Source of the DNA: a bacterium
Lineage (GTDB): Bacteria; Patescibacteriota; Minisyncoccia; Phycocordibacterales; UBA6899
Length of the DNA: 64,000 bases
Assembly: GCA_043756865.1 (NCBI GenBank)
Contig: JAYUQG010000024.1
Location: forward strand, 27,259 to 91,258
Direction: 5' to 3'
In this document: one piece after another, positions 1 to 9,571 of the stretch
How the letters are laid out: the number at the start of each line of letters is the position of its first letter
How positions within the stretch are numbered: position 1 is the first letter of the stretch
Position numbers and translations under genes: made by a program
Notes under the pieces: model-generated
The model's database searches: none
Told to the model about the DNA's origin: nothing
The model's input: the letters and a program-made list of their open reading frames with translations, nothing else

Positions 1-1856
1 ACATCGGCGTCTTCGGAGGTGAATCCGCCCTGCTGAAGCGTCCACAGTTTCCAGTACGCACCTTTTTGTGCAAGCAATTCTTTGTGCGTTCCATCTTCAA
101 CGATACGCCCTTGGTCGAGCACAAGAATGCGGTCCATGCGACGTATGGTCGAGAGACGATGTGCGATAACGATCGTAGTGCGGCCTTCCATCAGCCGCAT
201 GAGCGCATCCTGCACCAGCTGCTCGGAACCGGAGTCAAGGCTTGAGGTCGCCTCGTCCAAGATGAGGATGGGTGCATTTTTCAGAAATGCGCGTGCGATT
301 GCGACACGTTGCCTCTCTCCTCCCGAAAGTTTCACTCCACGCTCGCCGACCAGCGCTTCGTAATTTGCAGGGTGTTCCATGATGAAGTCATGGCAGTGCG
401 CAAGTGCTGCGGCGGACAACACATCGCTGTCGGTTGCGCCCAGCTTCCCGTAGCGAATGTTTTCCATGAGTGTGCGGTGGAAAAGCACGGGGTCTTGTGG
501 AACATTGGAGATTGCACGTTTCAGGCTTGTGCGTGTCACTTCTCGGATATCGCGTCCGTCAATGTGCACGCTCCCTTCGCGCGGGTCGAATACTCGTGTG
601 AGTAGTTTGACCAATGTGGATTTGCCGGCACCTGAGGGTCCGACGAGCGCAACGCGCTCTCCCGGCCGAATGGTGACCGATACATTGTTTACCACGTATT
701 TGCCCGCATGCTGAAAGGTGACACCTTTCAGCATGATTTCGCCTCGCACGTCCGTGAGCTTGCTTGCGCTCGCGCTGTCGGTGATTTCATGGGGACGGTT
801 CATTGCCTCGGACATTTCCTTCGCATCGGCGAAACTTTCATAAATATCGCGGACGACTTGTCCAAAGGACCACACACGGTCGGTAATCTGAAATACATAT
901 GCATGGATGAGCATGAACATACCAAGCGGAAATTCGCCGCGCAGCCAGAACGCAATACCGAGTGCAAATATGCCATATTTGATGAATACGATGCTCAGTT
1001 CTTGAACACCGTGAAACAGCGAACCGGCATTCCACATAAACGCAGTGACATGCATTTGGTGTCGTGTCAGTGCCGCATGCGATTCTTTCTCGATGTCATG
1101 CGTGGCATGCGCTTCGATTGCCGCATGATTGGTAAACATATCCGCGGTCTTGCCGGTGACTTGTGAGTCAAGCTCCGCACGATAGATGTTGTAACGCAGC
1201 ATCCATTTCGAGAACCAGTAGTTCAGGAGAATCACTGCAATCACCCATGCAATCATCGCTCCTGCCAATGTCGGACTTTCCTTCATCAGCACGATGACGA
1301 CGCCAAGCAGGGTCACTATGGTCGGAAGAATGTGAAAGATGACACTGTCTGCAAGTCTGTCGTATGACCGTGCAAAGCGGTTGAGCTTCTGCACGAGCGA
1401 CCCGACAAAAACAGACTGGTAGTAGTGCTCCGAATGCTCAATAACGTGATTGAATGCGCGGATGCGCAGGTCAATCATTATTTGCTTCGTGAAGACAACA
1501 AGGAAGAGCAATCCTACCCGCCGCGCCACCACTGCCAGCACATCAAAGATGAGTATGACAGCGATTGCGCGGAGCAATATCTCTCCCGCTCCACCTGCAG
1601 AAAGTCCCTCCGCTAAGACATTGAAAAAATCTTTGTAATACGTTGGGATGATGACCGCAAGGATATTTCCCGCTGTCGTGAGGAGCACAATTAGTACTCC
1701 GAGCGGCCAGAACTTTTTGACGGACACAGCATAGAGGCTGAGTACCGGGAGAACGTTGAGTTCAAGCTTGTTGCGTAGTGGTGCGACGATGTCGGCCGCA
1801 CCCAGTATTCGACGCAGTGCGCGGTCGAGCCAGCTACCCTGTGTGTGCTCTCGCAT
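1..1856 (-). CDS. ABC transporter fused permease/ATP-binding protein (exporter type), 3' end outside window
   Basis: Minus-strand frame with Walker A GPSGAGKST, signature LSGGERQR, Walker B ILILDEATSSLD and N-terminal TM helices; GGAGG SD before ATG at 1856. Confidence 0.9.
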   Translation of the reverse strand, partial: MREHTQGSWLDRALRRILGAADIVAPLRNKLELNVLPVLSLYAVSVKKFWPLGVLIVLLTTAGNILAVIIPTYYKDFFNVLAEGLSAGGAGEILLRAIAVILIFDVLAVVARRVGLLFLVVFTKQIMIDLRIRAFNHVIEHSEHYYQSVFVGSLVQKLNRFARSYDRLADSVIFHILPTIVTLLGVVIVLMKESPTLAGAMIAWVIAVILLNYWFSKWMLRYNIYRAELDSQVTGKTADMFTNHAAIEAHATHDIEKESHAALTRHQMHVTAFMWNAGSLFHGVQELSIVFIKYGIFALGIAFWLRGEFPLGMFMLIHAYVFQITDRVWSFGQVVRDIYESFADAKEMSEAMNRPHEITDSASASKLTDVRGEIMLKGVTFQHAGKYVVNNVSVTIRPGERVALVGPSGAGKSTLVKLLTRVFDPREGSVHIDGRDIREVTRTSLKRAISNVPQDPVLFHRTLMENIRYGKLGATDSDVLSAAALAHCHDFIMEHPANYEALVGERGVKLSGGERQRVAIARAFLKNAPILILDEATSSLDSGSEQLVQDALMRLMEGRTTIVIAHRLSTIRRMDRILVLDQGRIVEDGTHKELLAQKGAYWKLWTLQQGGFTSEDAD

Positions 1857-1949
1857 GATAACCTCCGAATGTGAAAGAACGTAAAAGAACGATTTTTTCT
1901 ATCGTGAACGAGTAATCACACAGTGCTGTGTAAATACTGCTTCACGAGA

Positions 1950-2011
1950 GGTTAGTCGAACAAAAACCACCTTGGCTTCTGTTCGGCCAAGGGTTTTCTC
2001 GATTTAACTCC
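1950..2011 (-). terminator. Hairpin plus U-tract (putative attenuator) in the leader of the ABC transporter
   Basis: Minus strand CCTTGGC-cgaacagaa-GCCAAGG followed by TGGTTTTTG, directly after the leader ORF stop. Confidence 0.6.
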
Positions 2012-2125
2012 TTAGGAGAGTGAAGAGAAATACCACGGCCGAGCACAAGACTGTGCGGGTACGACGGAAAGTGCTCCAGCAGTACGTGCTGGGGTAAAAG
2101 TTCCATTGTGGAATATCTGCTTCAT
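2012..2125 (-). CDS. Putative 37-aa leader peptide MKQIFHNGTFTPARTAGALSVVPAQSCARPWYFSSLS
   Basis: Short ORF between a TTGACG-N16-TAGAAT promoter (2136-2163) and a terminator-like hairpin, upstream of the ABC gene. Confidence 0.5.
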   Translation of the reverse strand: MKQIFHNGTFTPARTAGALSVVPAQSCARPWYFSSLS

Positions 2126-2293
2126 AGTGGGTTTGATTCTACCCATATTATCCGATTCGTCAAGACTTCGCGCATTTTCATTATCGCCCAACTTAACCTG
2201 CAAAGAATACTGTATGTAAACACATGATGATGAGTTGACGATGCCTTACTAATTACGTAGGTTCAAGATAGACGTTGCATAAAGGAGTGACAG

Positions 2294-3175
2294 ATGGAAT
2301 ACGAGGGCGATCTCTCGCTTCTGAATCTCCTTGCGCGAGGAGAAAGACGCATTGGTGCGCTTGGGTTGTCAGGTGGAAACGCAGGCGCAGAAGGTTGCGC
2401 ACAGGCGTGCGCATTTGAAACTCGTGGACTCACGCGATTTACAGTGATAGGTGCGATTTCGTCTTTTGCGGGGGCTGCGCTCTATTTTACCGCAGGTGTA
2501 CTGAATGATGGCGCAAGCTGTTACTGGGAAGAGTGCTCAACCAATAGTTTCATCAGTTTCAGTCCGCGTCGATTTGCACAAGGGACTAGTGCTGATGTGG
2601 GCTTCCTTACCGAAGACGTATTCCGCAAAGAAGTTAACGTCGCTGCAGTACGTGCATTTCCCGGTGACTTTGTCGTGGGTGTCACGGACTGGGAGACCGG
2701 TACAGGTGAATTGGTCGATGTAAAGTCCGCCGAACCCGACCCATTTATGGCAGTTCGTGCAAGTATGGCGATGCCTGCGCTGTATCGCATTCCTGTGTAC
2801 GTAAATGGGAGACGAAAATACGACGGCGCTGTCGGCATACCTTTTCCTGCTGTTGAGATTATCAACCGATGGAACTTGGATGGACTCGTTGTGTTTGCAA
2901 ACCATCCGAAGGTGTGGAAACCAAAAGGTATTGCCCGCGCAGCAGAAACCGTCAGCTCTTTGGGAATGTCTTCTTTGCGACGTAATGCGTTTCTTGGTCG
3001 TGTTCGCGCATATCATGAAGGTTTGCGACGCTTGCGCGAAAGCAAAACACCATATCTCATTCTTTGGGGTAGCGGGGAAATAACCACATTTACGAGAAAT
3101 CCGAGAACTATCGAAGCCGTAGCACGTAGGGCATACGACGACACCATGAAGCTGTTTGCGCACGCAGGGGTTTGA
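2294..3175 (+). CDS. Patatin-like phospholipase family protein
   Basis: Gly-rich GLSGGNAGA loop, VGVTD..TG, ASMAMP and YDGA motifs; nucleophile elbow atypical (ISSFAG); AAGGAG SD. Confidence 0.7.
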   Translation: MEYEGDLSLLNLLARGERRIGALGLSGGNAGAEGCAQACAFETRGLTRFTVIGAISSFAGAALYFTAGVLNDGASCYWEECSTNSFISFSPRRFAQGTSADVGFLTEDVFRKEVNVAAVRAFPGDFVVGVTDWETGTGELVDVKSAEPDPFMAVRASMAMPALYRIPVYVNGRRKYDGAVGIPFPAVEIINRWNLDGLVVFANHPKVWKPKGIARAAETVSSLGMSSLRRNAFLGRVRAYHEGLRRLRESKTPYLILWGSGEITTFTRNPRTIEAVARRAYDDTMKLFAHAGV

Positions 3176-3261
3176 TACCCTTGCGTTTTTATATATGTAA
3201 TTACACATCAAATAAAAAAGCCAAACAAAAACCGCACATGGTGCGGTTGGTTCAATACCTT

Positions 3262-4281
3262 TTATTTTTCGAACAAGCGAACAAGTGCTTCTGCAATTTT
3301 CCCTGCTACTGCGTATTCGGGGCGAAAGTTCGCCCATTCTGTGGGAATCCCACTCATGCCAACGCGTGCCCCAATCAGCGAACCCACGATTGCGGCGTTG
3401 GTATCGGTGTCGCCTCCTGCATTCACTGCTTCGGTAACTCCGCCCGCGAAGTCATCCATGTGTCGCAGGAATGTGCCGATGACGAATGGCATGGTCTGCG
3501 TACATACAAACCGTGAGCCGAACTTGTCGAGCAGGCGTTCCTTCGAGTCGGTATACCCTGCAATCTCTTGGAGTGTGTTTGCGAGTGTGCGATTCGCGGG
3601 ATTCGGAACGCAGAATGCTTCGAATTGTCGCACCTTGTGGGAAATGTCGATGAGTGTGAATGTCAGCTCGTCACGCGTCCGGTGTGCGTTTGCGAACACA
3701 TCGACAATGACCATTCCGACGGCAAATGCAGTAATCCATGCGCGGGCGTCACTGTGCGTGATGGCACCAAGCTCGCGCACGTGCTTGCCGAAGAGTTTCC
3801 AATTAAACGGAGTGTCGCATCCCTGCTTCTTCCACATGAGTGCGTGGAACAGCGCAAGTGGTGCGATTTTCATGATGATGCCGTTCCCGAGCCCGACCCC
3901 TGTTTTGTGTGGGGGCGGAAACATTCCGCTGCGCTTGCCATTGATGATGTCTTGAATCGCAGCAACGGAACCCTTGCCCCAGCCGAAGGTCGAGTTTTTG
4001 AGGGCTTCCATGTGAAGCGCTACGCAGAGACGTCTGTCCCAGCCGTTTGCTCTGATGAGCGACTCCGCGACAACTTTGGTCAAATCCCAGTCATCGCTCG
4101 TGTCGCCAGCCTTCATTCCCTTTGTGTCATCATTGCGCCACTGCACAGGGTCAAGAAATGTGGTGACTCCAAGCGGCCCCAGTATCCCGATAATTTCACT
4201 GTGTGTCATCGTTTCAACAGGAACGCCACGTGCGTCGCCGAGTGCAACTCCCAAGAGGGATGCATGTACTTTTTCCAGCAT
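3262..4281 (-). CDS. ADP-ribosylglycohydrolase (DraG/ARH family)
   Basis: LLGVALGDA.G, TSDD, GNGIIMKIAP, ITH and GGDTDTNAAIVGSLIGA motifs. Confidence 0.92.
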   Translation of the reverse strand: MLEKVHASLLGVALGDARGVPVETMTHSEIIGILGPLGVTTFLDPVQWRNDDTKGMKAGDTSDDWDLTKVVAESLIRANGWDRRLCVALHMEALKNSTFGWGKGSVAAIQDIINGKRSGMFPPPHKTGVGLGNGIIMKIAPLALFHALMWKKQGCDTPFNWKLFGKHVRELGAITHSDARAWITAFAVGMVIVDVFANAHRTRDELTFTLIDISHKVRQFEAFCVPNPANRTLANTLQEIAGYTDSKERLLDKFGSRFVCTQTMPFVIGTFLRHMDDFAGGVTEAVNAGGDTDTNAAIVGSLIGARVGMSGIPTEWANFRPEYAVAGKIAEALVRLFEK

Positions 4282-4359
4282 GATTGCTCCTTTGCAAATC
4301 TGCTATCGGTATACAGCGTAGTGCGTTTGCTGTCAAAAAACCGCACACATGGTGCGGCG

Positions 4360-5145
4360 CTATTTTTGATTTCCGATTCTCCGTTCACGCAGTGCAGTCA
4401 CTGCATACAAACACGCAATTCCCGCAGCGATATGCTTGAGGCTATGCCCACTCAATAATTCTCCCGAAAGTTGATAAAGTGATTCGTCGAAATACTCAAA
4501 CACCTTTGCTCCGCCATACCAGAGGATTGTGAGCGTCCAGTTTCGTGACCAGCCTTCTTTGCGGGGGAAAAGGAGTGCGGTTGTCGGAATGATGAAAATC
4601 GGAAAGAACTGCATCAGCACATATGGACGCAGGTCGTCTGCACCGAGCTGTGTAGTCCATTGCCAGTACCACACTGATGCGATACCGAAGATTGCGACAA
4701 TCGGTAGCACTATTCTCGCACCACGCGCACTGATGTGCATTGCAACAAACTCCGCAAAGATAGCAGCAAAGCAGATGGTCATGGGAAGTCTGTCCCACAC
4801 CAAGCTCGCGCTGGATGGGAACGCGTGATAAAATGCCGACCCCGCCGCGGTGCCGACACACCCGATTGCAAAGACGAGCAGTGCGGCCCTGCCGTCAGCG
4901 GGCAACTTTGCTCGAGAGAGCCCGCCAAACACGAAGAGTCCCGCATATCCAGCCATCAAAAAAAAGATGTTTGTAGTGACGTTAAAAAAATTGGGAATTC
5001 CCCAAATTGTCCGTACGTCCGCAAAATGATGATAGTCCGTAGGTTGGCTGATACGTCCGTATGCCAAGAGCCCTAGCGTGGTGACGAGGAGTGAGACGGC
5101 GACAAACAGCAATATTTTTCTTTCTCGTGTCATAGTGTGTTCCAT
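4360..5145 (-). CDS. Alkaline (phyto)ceramidase-like CREST-family membrane hydrolase
   Basis: YHHFADVR, GIPNFFNVTTN, GSAFYH, LVWDRLPMT, DLRPY and SGHSLKH motifs; about 7 TM segments. Confidence 0.8.
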   Translation of the reverse strand: MEHTMTRERKILLFVAVSLLVTTLGLLAYGRISQPTDYHHFADVRTIWGIPNFFNVTTNIFFLMAGYAGLFVFGGLSRAKLPADGRAALLVFAIGCVGTAAGSAFYHAFPSSASLVWDRLPMTICFAAIFAEFVAMHISARGARIVLPIVAIFGIASVWYWQWTTQLGADDLRPYVLMQFFPIFIIPTTALLFPRKEGWSRNWTLTILWYGGAKVFEYFDESLYQLSGELLSGHSLKHIAAGIACLYAVTALRERRIGNQK

Positions 5146-5220
5146 GCAAGAGTCTCTTATTAAAATGCCTCGGAGTGTGCGTTTAGTCAATGTAATAAAA
5201 AACCACCGCAGTGGTTTTGT

Positions 5221-5682
5221 TCAAGCGAGTACCGCTTCATCGTTTCTGGAGCAGGCGAGGATCATTTCGCGTGCCACATTTTTCCCGACGATGCGGTAAC
5301 GGATACCCTCCTTTGTGTCGTGTTCACGCAGGGGATACACATCGTCGACACGGCAAATTTCGTTTTGGGAGATCACAAAGAGAGCATGTAGCATGACGTA
5401 GTCTTGCCCTGGAGCGTCTTCGCTCGCTCCGAGACCTGAGTAGTCAGGAAGGAGGTTACGCAAAAATCGGCGGAACGCATTCTCCTCGTGGAGCACGATG
5501 AAGAGCTGCTTGGGAGAGAGCACCTCTGCAAGCGCAGTCATGTTCTCGGTTGTCAGGTTACCCCAGCCGATCCATTCGCCACGTTCGTTGTACCACCCAG
5601 ACCCCTTGGTGCAGGGGACAAACTGTTTGGGTCGTTGGCCGATGCAAAGACCAACGCTCGTCATGGTGTCAGGTGTCATCAA
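5221..5682 (-). CDS. Hypothetical protein
   Basis: 153-aa ORF with SD-like AAGGAA; no family recognised. Confidence 0.6.
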   Translation of the reverse strand: MMTPDTMTSVGLCIGQRPKQFVPCTKGSGWYNERGEWIGWGNLTTENMTALAEVLSPKQLFIVLHEENAFRRFLRNLLPDYSGLGASEDAPGQDYVMLHALFVISQNEICRVDDVYPLREHDTKEGIRYRIVGKNVAREMILACSRNDEAVLA

Positions 5683-5809
5683 TGTTCCTTGTTGAATTGT
5701 TGAACGGAGGAAGCCAAGTGTACTCTAGAATATTATACAAAAATGTCAAGTTAAGTGATGACCTAACGGTATGGCACACAAATGTCCTGTGGAAAACTCG
5801 TTTGCGAGT

Positions 5810-5860
5810 GTTCTAATTATGTTCTAATATAATAATATTATTTTAGAATACTTATAGAAC
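5810..5860. promoter_or_regulatory. Putative LexA operators: GTTC-N7-GTTC (5810-5824) and inverted GAAT-N7-GAAC (5846-5860)
   Basis: Direct-repeat boxes in inverted arrangement around a TATAAT immediately upstream of lexA. Confidence 0.6.
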
Positions 5861-5865
5861 TCATC

Positions 5866-6528
5866 ATGCTTACCAAAAAGACCAAAGAAGTGCTCGACTA
5901 TGTGCGTACATACATGGCAAAGCATGAGTTCGCCCCATCGCTTGAAGAAATCCGAAAGCACTTCAAGCTCGTCTCTGTATCAACTGCGCACTATCACTTG
6001 GAGAAGCTCAAAGAGGGGGGATACCTTGAACGGGGGGTAAAGCAGGCGCGAGCCATCACTCTTCCCCCTTTTGATTACACGATGTCACTCTCGGGTACGT
6101 TTTCGGGATTTGAATTCATTTCCGTTCCTTTGGTTGGTTCAGCAAACTGCGGGCCTGCTGAATTGCTTGCAGAAGAGAACATCGAAGGATATCTCACGGT
6201 AAAGCGGACGATGCTTCCTCGTGCGAGCGGTATCTTTGCACTGCGCGCATCGGGTCACTCACTGAATAGGGCAAATATTAAAGGGAAGAATATCGAAGAC
6301 GGTGATATTGTGCTTATTGATTCTGAGGACAGAGATATTAAAGACGGAGACTACGTCCTTTCAATTATTGGTGGAGCAGCAAATCTCAAGAAATATCAGT
6401 TCGACAAAAAGCATCAGCAAATAAATCTGCTTTCTGAGTCATCGCAAGCATTCAAGCCGATTATCATTTTGCCGGGAGACGACTTCGCCATTAACGGCAA
6501 GGTGGTAGGTGTAATGAAGCGAGGATAG
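5866..6528 (+). CDS. lexA: LexA SOS repressor
   Basis: N-terminal wHTH (APSLEEIRKHF..VSVSTAHYHL..L...GYL), ANCG cleavage site, Ser (SGHSL) and Lys (NLKK) of the S24 domain. Confidence 0.9.
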   Translation: MLTKKTKEVLDYVRTYMAKHEFAPSLEEIRKHFKLVSVSTAHYHLEKLKEGGYLERGVKQARAITLPPFDYTMSLSGTFSGFEFISVPLVGSANCGPAELLAEENIEGYLTVKRTMLPRASGIFALRASGHSLNRANIKGKNIEDGDIVLIDSEDRDIKDGDYVLSIIGGAANLKKYQFDKKHQQINLLSESSQAFKPIIILPGDDFAINGKVVGVMKRG

Positions 6529-6542
6529 ATAAACTCGCAATA

Positions 6543-7415
6543 CTAGAATGCCATAAGTGCCACTCCAGTAATCATTATGCTGCATGCTACTGAACGTCGC
6601 AGCAGGTGTTTGTCGTGGAAAAGTTCTCCTCCGATGACGGTCGTAAAGAGGGAAGAAGATCGCTTTGTTGCGACGACGAGTCCAACCGCAGCGAGCGCCA
6701 CCGCTTCCGCGTAAGCAACGCGCGATACGATAGCAAGGACCGAAATAATCACAAACGGTTTCCATGAAACTCGTAGAATGGGAATAAAACTCATGAGTGG
6801 CTTCTTCTTGTATAAAGAAAGCAGTATAAAGTTGAGGAGAATGAACATGTGCAGTAAGCCGACAAACAACACAGGGGGGATATGCCATGTACCAAATACG
6901 AGCCGCTCGGCAACCGAGGTGAGCGAATAAAGAAACATTGCGAAAATAATTAGCCGTGCATAGTGTTCGCCCGCAATGTGCCGAAAAAAGCTGCGCACAT
7001 CACGTAGTCTGTCTGTTTCCAGCACGTAGGTTCCTACTGCGAGTAGTGCCATTCCACACAGTTGAAGTGGACTGAGCCGCTCGTCGAGAAAAAGGAAGGC
7101 AAATGTAGCGGTCATAAAAGGGCTGAGCAGGAAAAGCGGTGCCGAGGCGCTTATTTCCATGTGGCGCACACCCTTTGTTACTTCGATGAATGCAATCGTT
7201 GAAGCAATAGAAATCAGGTAACCCGTGAGCAGTACTTTTCCTGTCAGTACTTCGAGGGGGAAAAAGAAAAAGACGGGAACACTCACAATTGCCACCACTA
7301 CTGCGAGTGTGTACGCGAAGTCGATCGAATGCGTTTTAACGAGGGTCCGTTTTTCGATAATCGAGCCCAGTGATATGCAAAACGCCGCAATCACTGCATA
7401 GAAAAACCATGTCAT
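6543..7415 (-). CDS. EamA/DMT family transporter
   Basis: Ten hydrophobic segments in two repeats, FLFLDERLS motif. Confidence 0.85.
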   Translation of the reverse strand: MTWFFYAVIAAFCISLGSIIEKRTLVKTHSIDFAYTLAVVVAIVSVPVFFFFPLEVLTGKVLLTGYLISIASTIAFIEVTKGVRHMEISASAPLFLLSPFMTATFAFLFLDERLSPLQLCGMALLAVGTYVLETDRLRDVRSFFRHIAGEHYARLIIFAMFLYSLTSVAERLVFGTWHIPPVLFVGLLHMFILLNFILLSLYKKKPLMSFIPILRVSWKPFVIISVLAIVSRVAYAEAVALAAVGLVVATKRSSSLFTTVIGGELFHDKHLLRRSVACSIMITGVALMAF

Positions 7416-7642
7416 ATGGCAATTCTAGCATACACATTGCTATAAATACGTTACGCCAATTGCGTGTACGCGCCATAAAATTGCACAATAAGATAGCGTA
7501 AAAAACACACCCCGAATGTGGGGTGTGTTTTTTGTTATTGGGGTTTTTGTGTCATGGGTGACCCATGCTGTAATCTCTATATGGTCTGCGGCGTGCTACA
7601 TGAGTCATAAAAAAGCCGCAACAATGTTGCGGCTGTGCATGT

Positions 7643-8605
7643 TTACCGGATGCTATCTTTCGGTTGCAGATTCGGTTGAGTTTTGGGGCTTCCTGTGGGA
7701 AGAGCGGTTCCGTCCGGAGATTGCCACGGAAATACATTGAGTGACGGGTCTGCATATTCTGCATAGGGGGCAAGGTTGAGTGCTTCGATGTCGCGCGGCA
7801 CCATTGTCCAGTCGTATGCAAACATCGGGTTATGTGCGTTGCCCAGACGGTCGAAGATGCGTACTTCAAACGAGAGTCTTACCCATGTGCGGTAGACGCG
7901 CTCCGTCGCTTTGTCACCGCGATGTACGCTGTAGCAATCCATAAGTGTGAGCTCAAAAGGTGCCGAGCGCCATTCATGAGCACTGTTTGTTTCGGCAACC
8001 TGTCGGTTAAAGTCCCAGAAATAGTCGTGCTTTGCCGGGTCAAGGTGCTCCACCGCAAACGGTTGCACGTAGTAAACAGTCGGAATGAGGTCACCCACAG
8101 TGTAGGTGTGGTTCCCGCGTACCTTTGGACTCCATCGTTCACCCTGGAATCCATCGACGTGACATGGCGCTTCGCGTTGGAGTTCGCCTGCGTCGACCCA
8201 GCCGTGTTCGACAGTGAGATAACAGTAGTACTCGTCGTAGCAGGTAGGATTCACAGCGAGTTCGTAGTCTGCTACGCGTCGTATGACGGGAAGAAACTGC
8301 GTAAACTCTTTCGGGACGCGAAAGTGTGAGCCTGGGAATTTAATCGGCATATCCAGTACGCGTGGAGCAATACCCTGTGTGCGAAAAAGCGCTTGTTCTG
8401 TTTCGGGCAGTACTCCAAGTGAAACGGGAGTACGGGGAATTGCGAACTCTGCTTCGTCCCACACTCGATTTAAAGCACGGATAATGGGTGAGTCAGCGGG
8501 AATCGTTGTCGGTATATGCATTGGGGTTACCTCAAATCCCTCACGACTGACGTTCGGTATGATGAAGTGTTTTCCGCGATACTCAAGTTGTGCAGCTTTT
8601 TTCAT
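7643..8605 (-). CDS. Hypothetical protein, probable 2OG-Fe(II) oxygenase-like double-stranded beta-helix fold
   Basis: HVD (PCHVDG), distal His (SVHRG) and R.W.R.S pattern; LDMPIK motif. Confidence 0.5.
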   Translation of the reverse strand: MKKAAQLEYRGKHFIIPNVSREGFEVTPMHIPTTIPADSPIIRALNRVWDEAEFAIPRTPVSLGVLPETEQALFRTQGIAPRVLDMPIKFPGSHFRVPKEFTQFLPVIRRVADYELAVNPTCYDEYYCYLTVEHGWVDAGELQREAPCHVDGFQGERWSPKVRGNHTYTVGDLIPTVYYVQPFAVEHLDPAKHDYFWDFNRQVAETNSAHEWRSAPFELTLMDCYSVHRGDKATERVYRTWVRLSFEVRIFDRLGNAHNPMFAYDWTMVPRDIEALNLAPYAEYADPSLNVFPWQSPDGTALPTGSPKTQPNLQPKDSIR

Positions 8606-8614
8606 GATGTGTCC

Positions 8615-9571
8615 TTAGCTAATGAGGTGTAACAGGTCAACGTTGTGCGCTCCAATCGTACCGTTTACAAACGGTTCACGGTCGAATCGGATTGCATCGA
8701 CGAAGTCGGCAAGTTCAGCGTGATAAGGATCAACTGGTAGAAAATGGAGTGGCGTACCGTTTACTGCGATGCTGCCTTTGCCGTGAGCACCCAGAGTATC
8801 TGCGCATGTGCTGTGTCCCTGTGTCCCGTGAATTTCAATCACACGGGGGAGTATGGTGCGGTTTGATACCGCAATCGTCGCGCTTTTTCCAGTTTTCCAA
8901 TCGAGATGGATTGTTGCGGTATGTTCGAGCATGCCTACGTCGCTCTCACGAATCACATTGATTTCAGGTGCTCCTGTTTCTCCAAGAAACCAAGTTGCAA
9001 GGTCGAGGGCGTGAGTGCCTACGGCTGCAAGTACGAACCAGCGTGCCAACGTGTCACTACTTCGCCAGTCATCAGGTGGAGCACGGTATGACCACGTCAG
9101 TTTGATGTGCTGTGGCGTGCCGATTGCTCCCTGCCCTATTGCCTCACAGAGTTTACGATGCCCATCATGGTGTCGTAGGTGGTATCCGACCGCAAGCCTC
9201 ACCTTGTGTATTCGCGCTGCGTCACACATACGTAGGGCATCCTCGGGATTTGTCGCCATCGGCTTTTCGACAAAAATGTGTTTTCCCGCATGTGCGGCTT
9301 CGATGGACATAGCTGCATGTAGTTTGTCAGGTGTTGCAATGATGACCGCATCAAGTTCCGCATCTGCGAGCATGTCGGAGTAGGAAGAGTAAATCTTTTT
9401 TGCCCGGAATTGCTTGGCAAGCAGTTCTGCGCGCTTTGGGTCGCGACTGACAAGACCTTCTAATGTTGCATGTGGCACTGAAAGTAATGCGGGGAGGAGC
9501 CGCATAGTGGCTACCTCCCCGACACCGACAATGCCAACTTTTATGTGGGCTTCACGATGTGTGTTAGTCAT
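8615..9571 (-). CDS. Gfo/Idh/MocA family NAD(P)-dependent oxidoreductase
   Basis: KVGIVGVG, DAVIIATP..LH, GKHIFVEKPM and GTHALDL motifs; start overlaps the NUDIX stop. Confidence 0.92.
   Translation of the reverse strand: MTNTHREAHIKVGIVGVGEVATMRLLPALLSVPHATLEGLVSRDPKRAELLAKQFRAKKIYSSYSDMLADAELDAVIIATPDKLHAAMSIEAAHAGKHIFVEKPMATNPEDALRMCDAARIHKVRLAVGYHLRHHDGHRKLCEAIGQGAIGTPQHIKLTWSYRAPPDDWRSSDTLARWFVLAAVGTHALDLATWFLGETGAPEINVIRESDVGMLEHTATIHLDWKTGKSATIAVSNRTILPRVIEIHGTQGHSTCADTLGAHGKGSIAVNGTPLHFLPVDPYHAELADFVDAIRFDREPFVNGTIGAHNVDLLHLIS

Noticed and set aside
82-1638. Several plus-strand ORFs (82-363, 309-605, 708-1166 and others)
   Set aside because: Antisense shadows of the minus-strand ABC transporter; the same applies to most overlapping ORFs in the track
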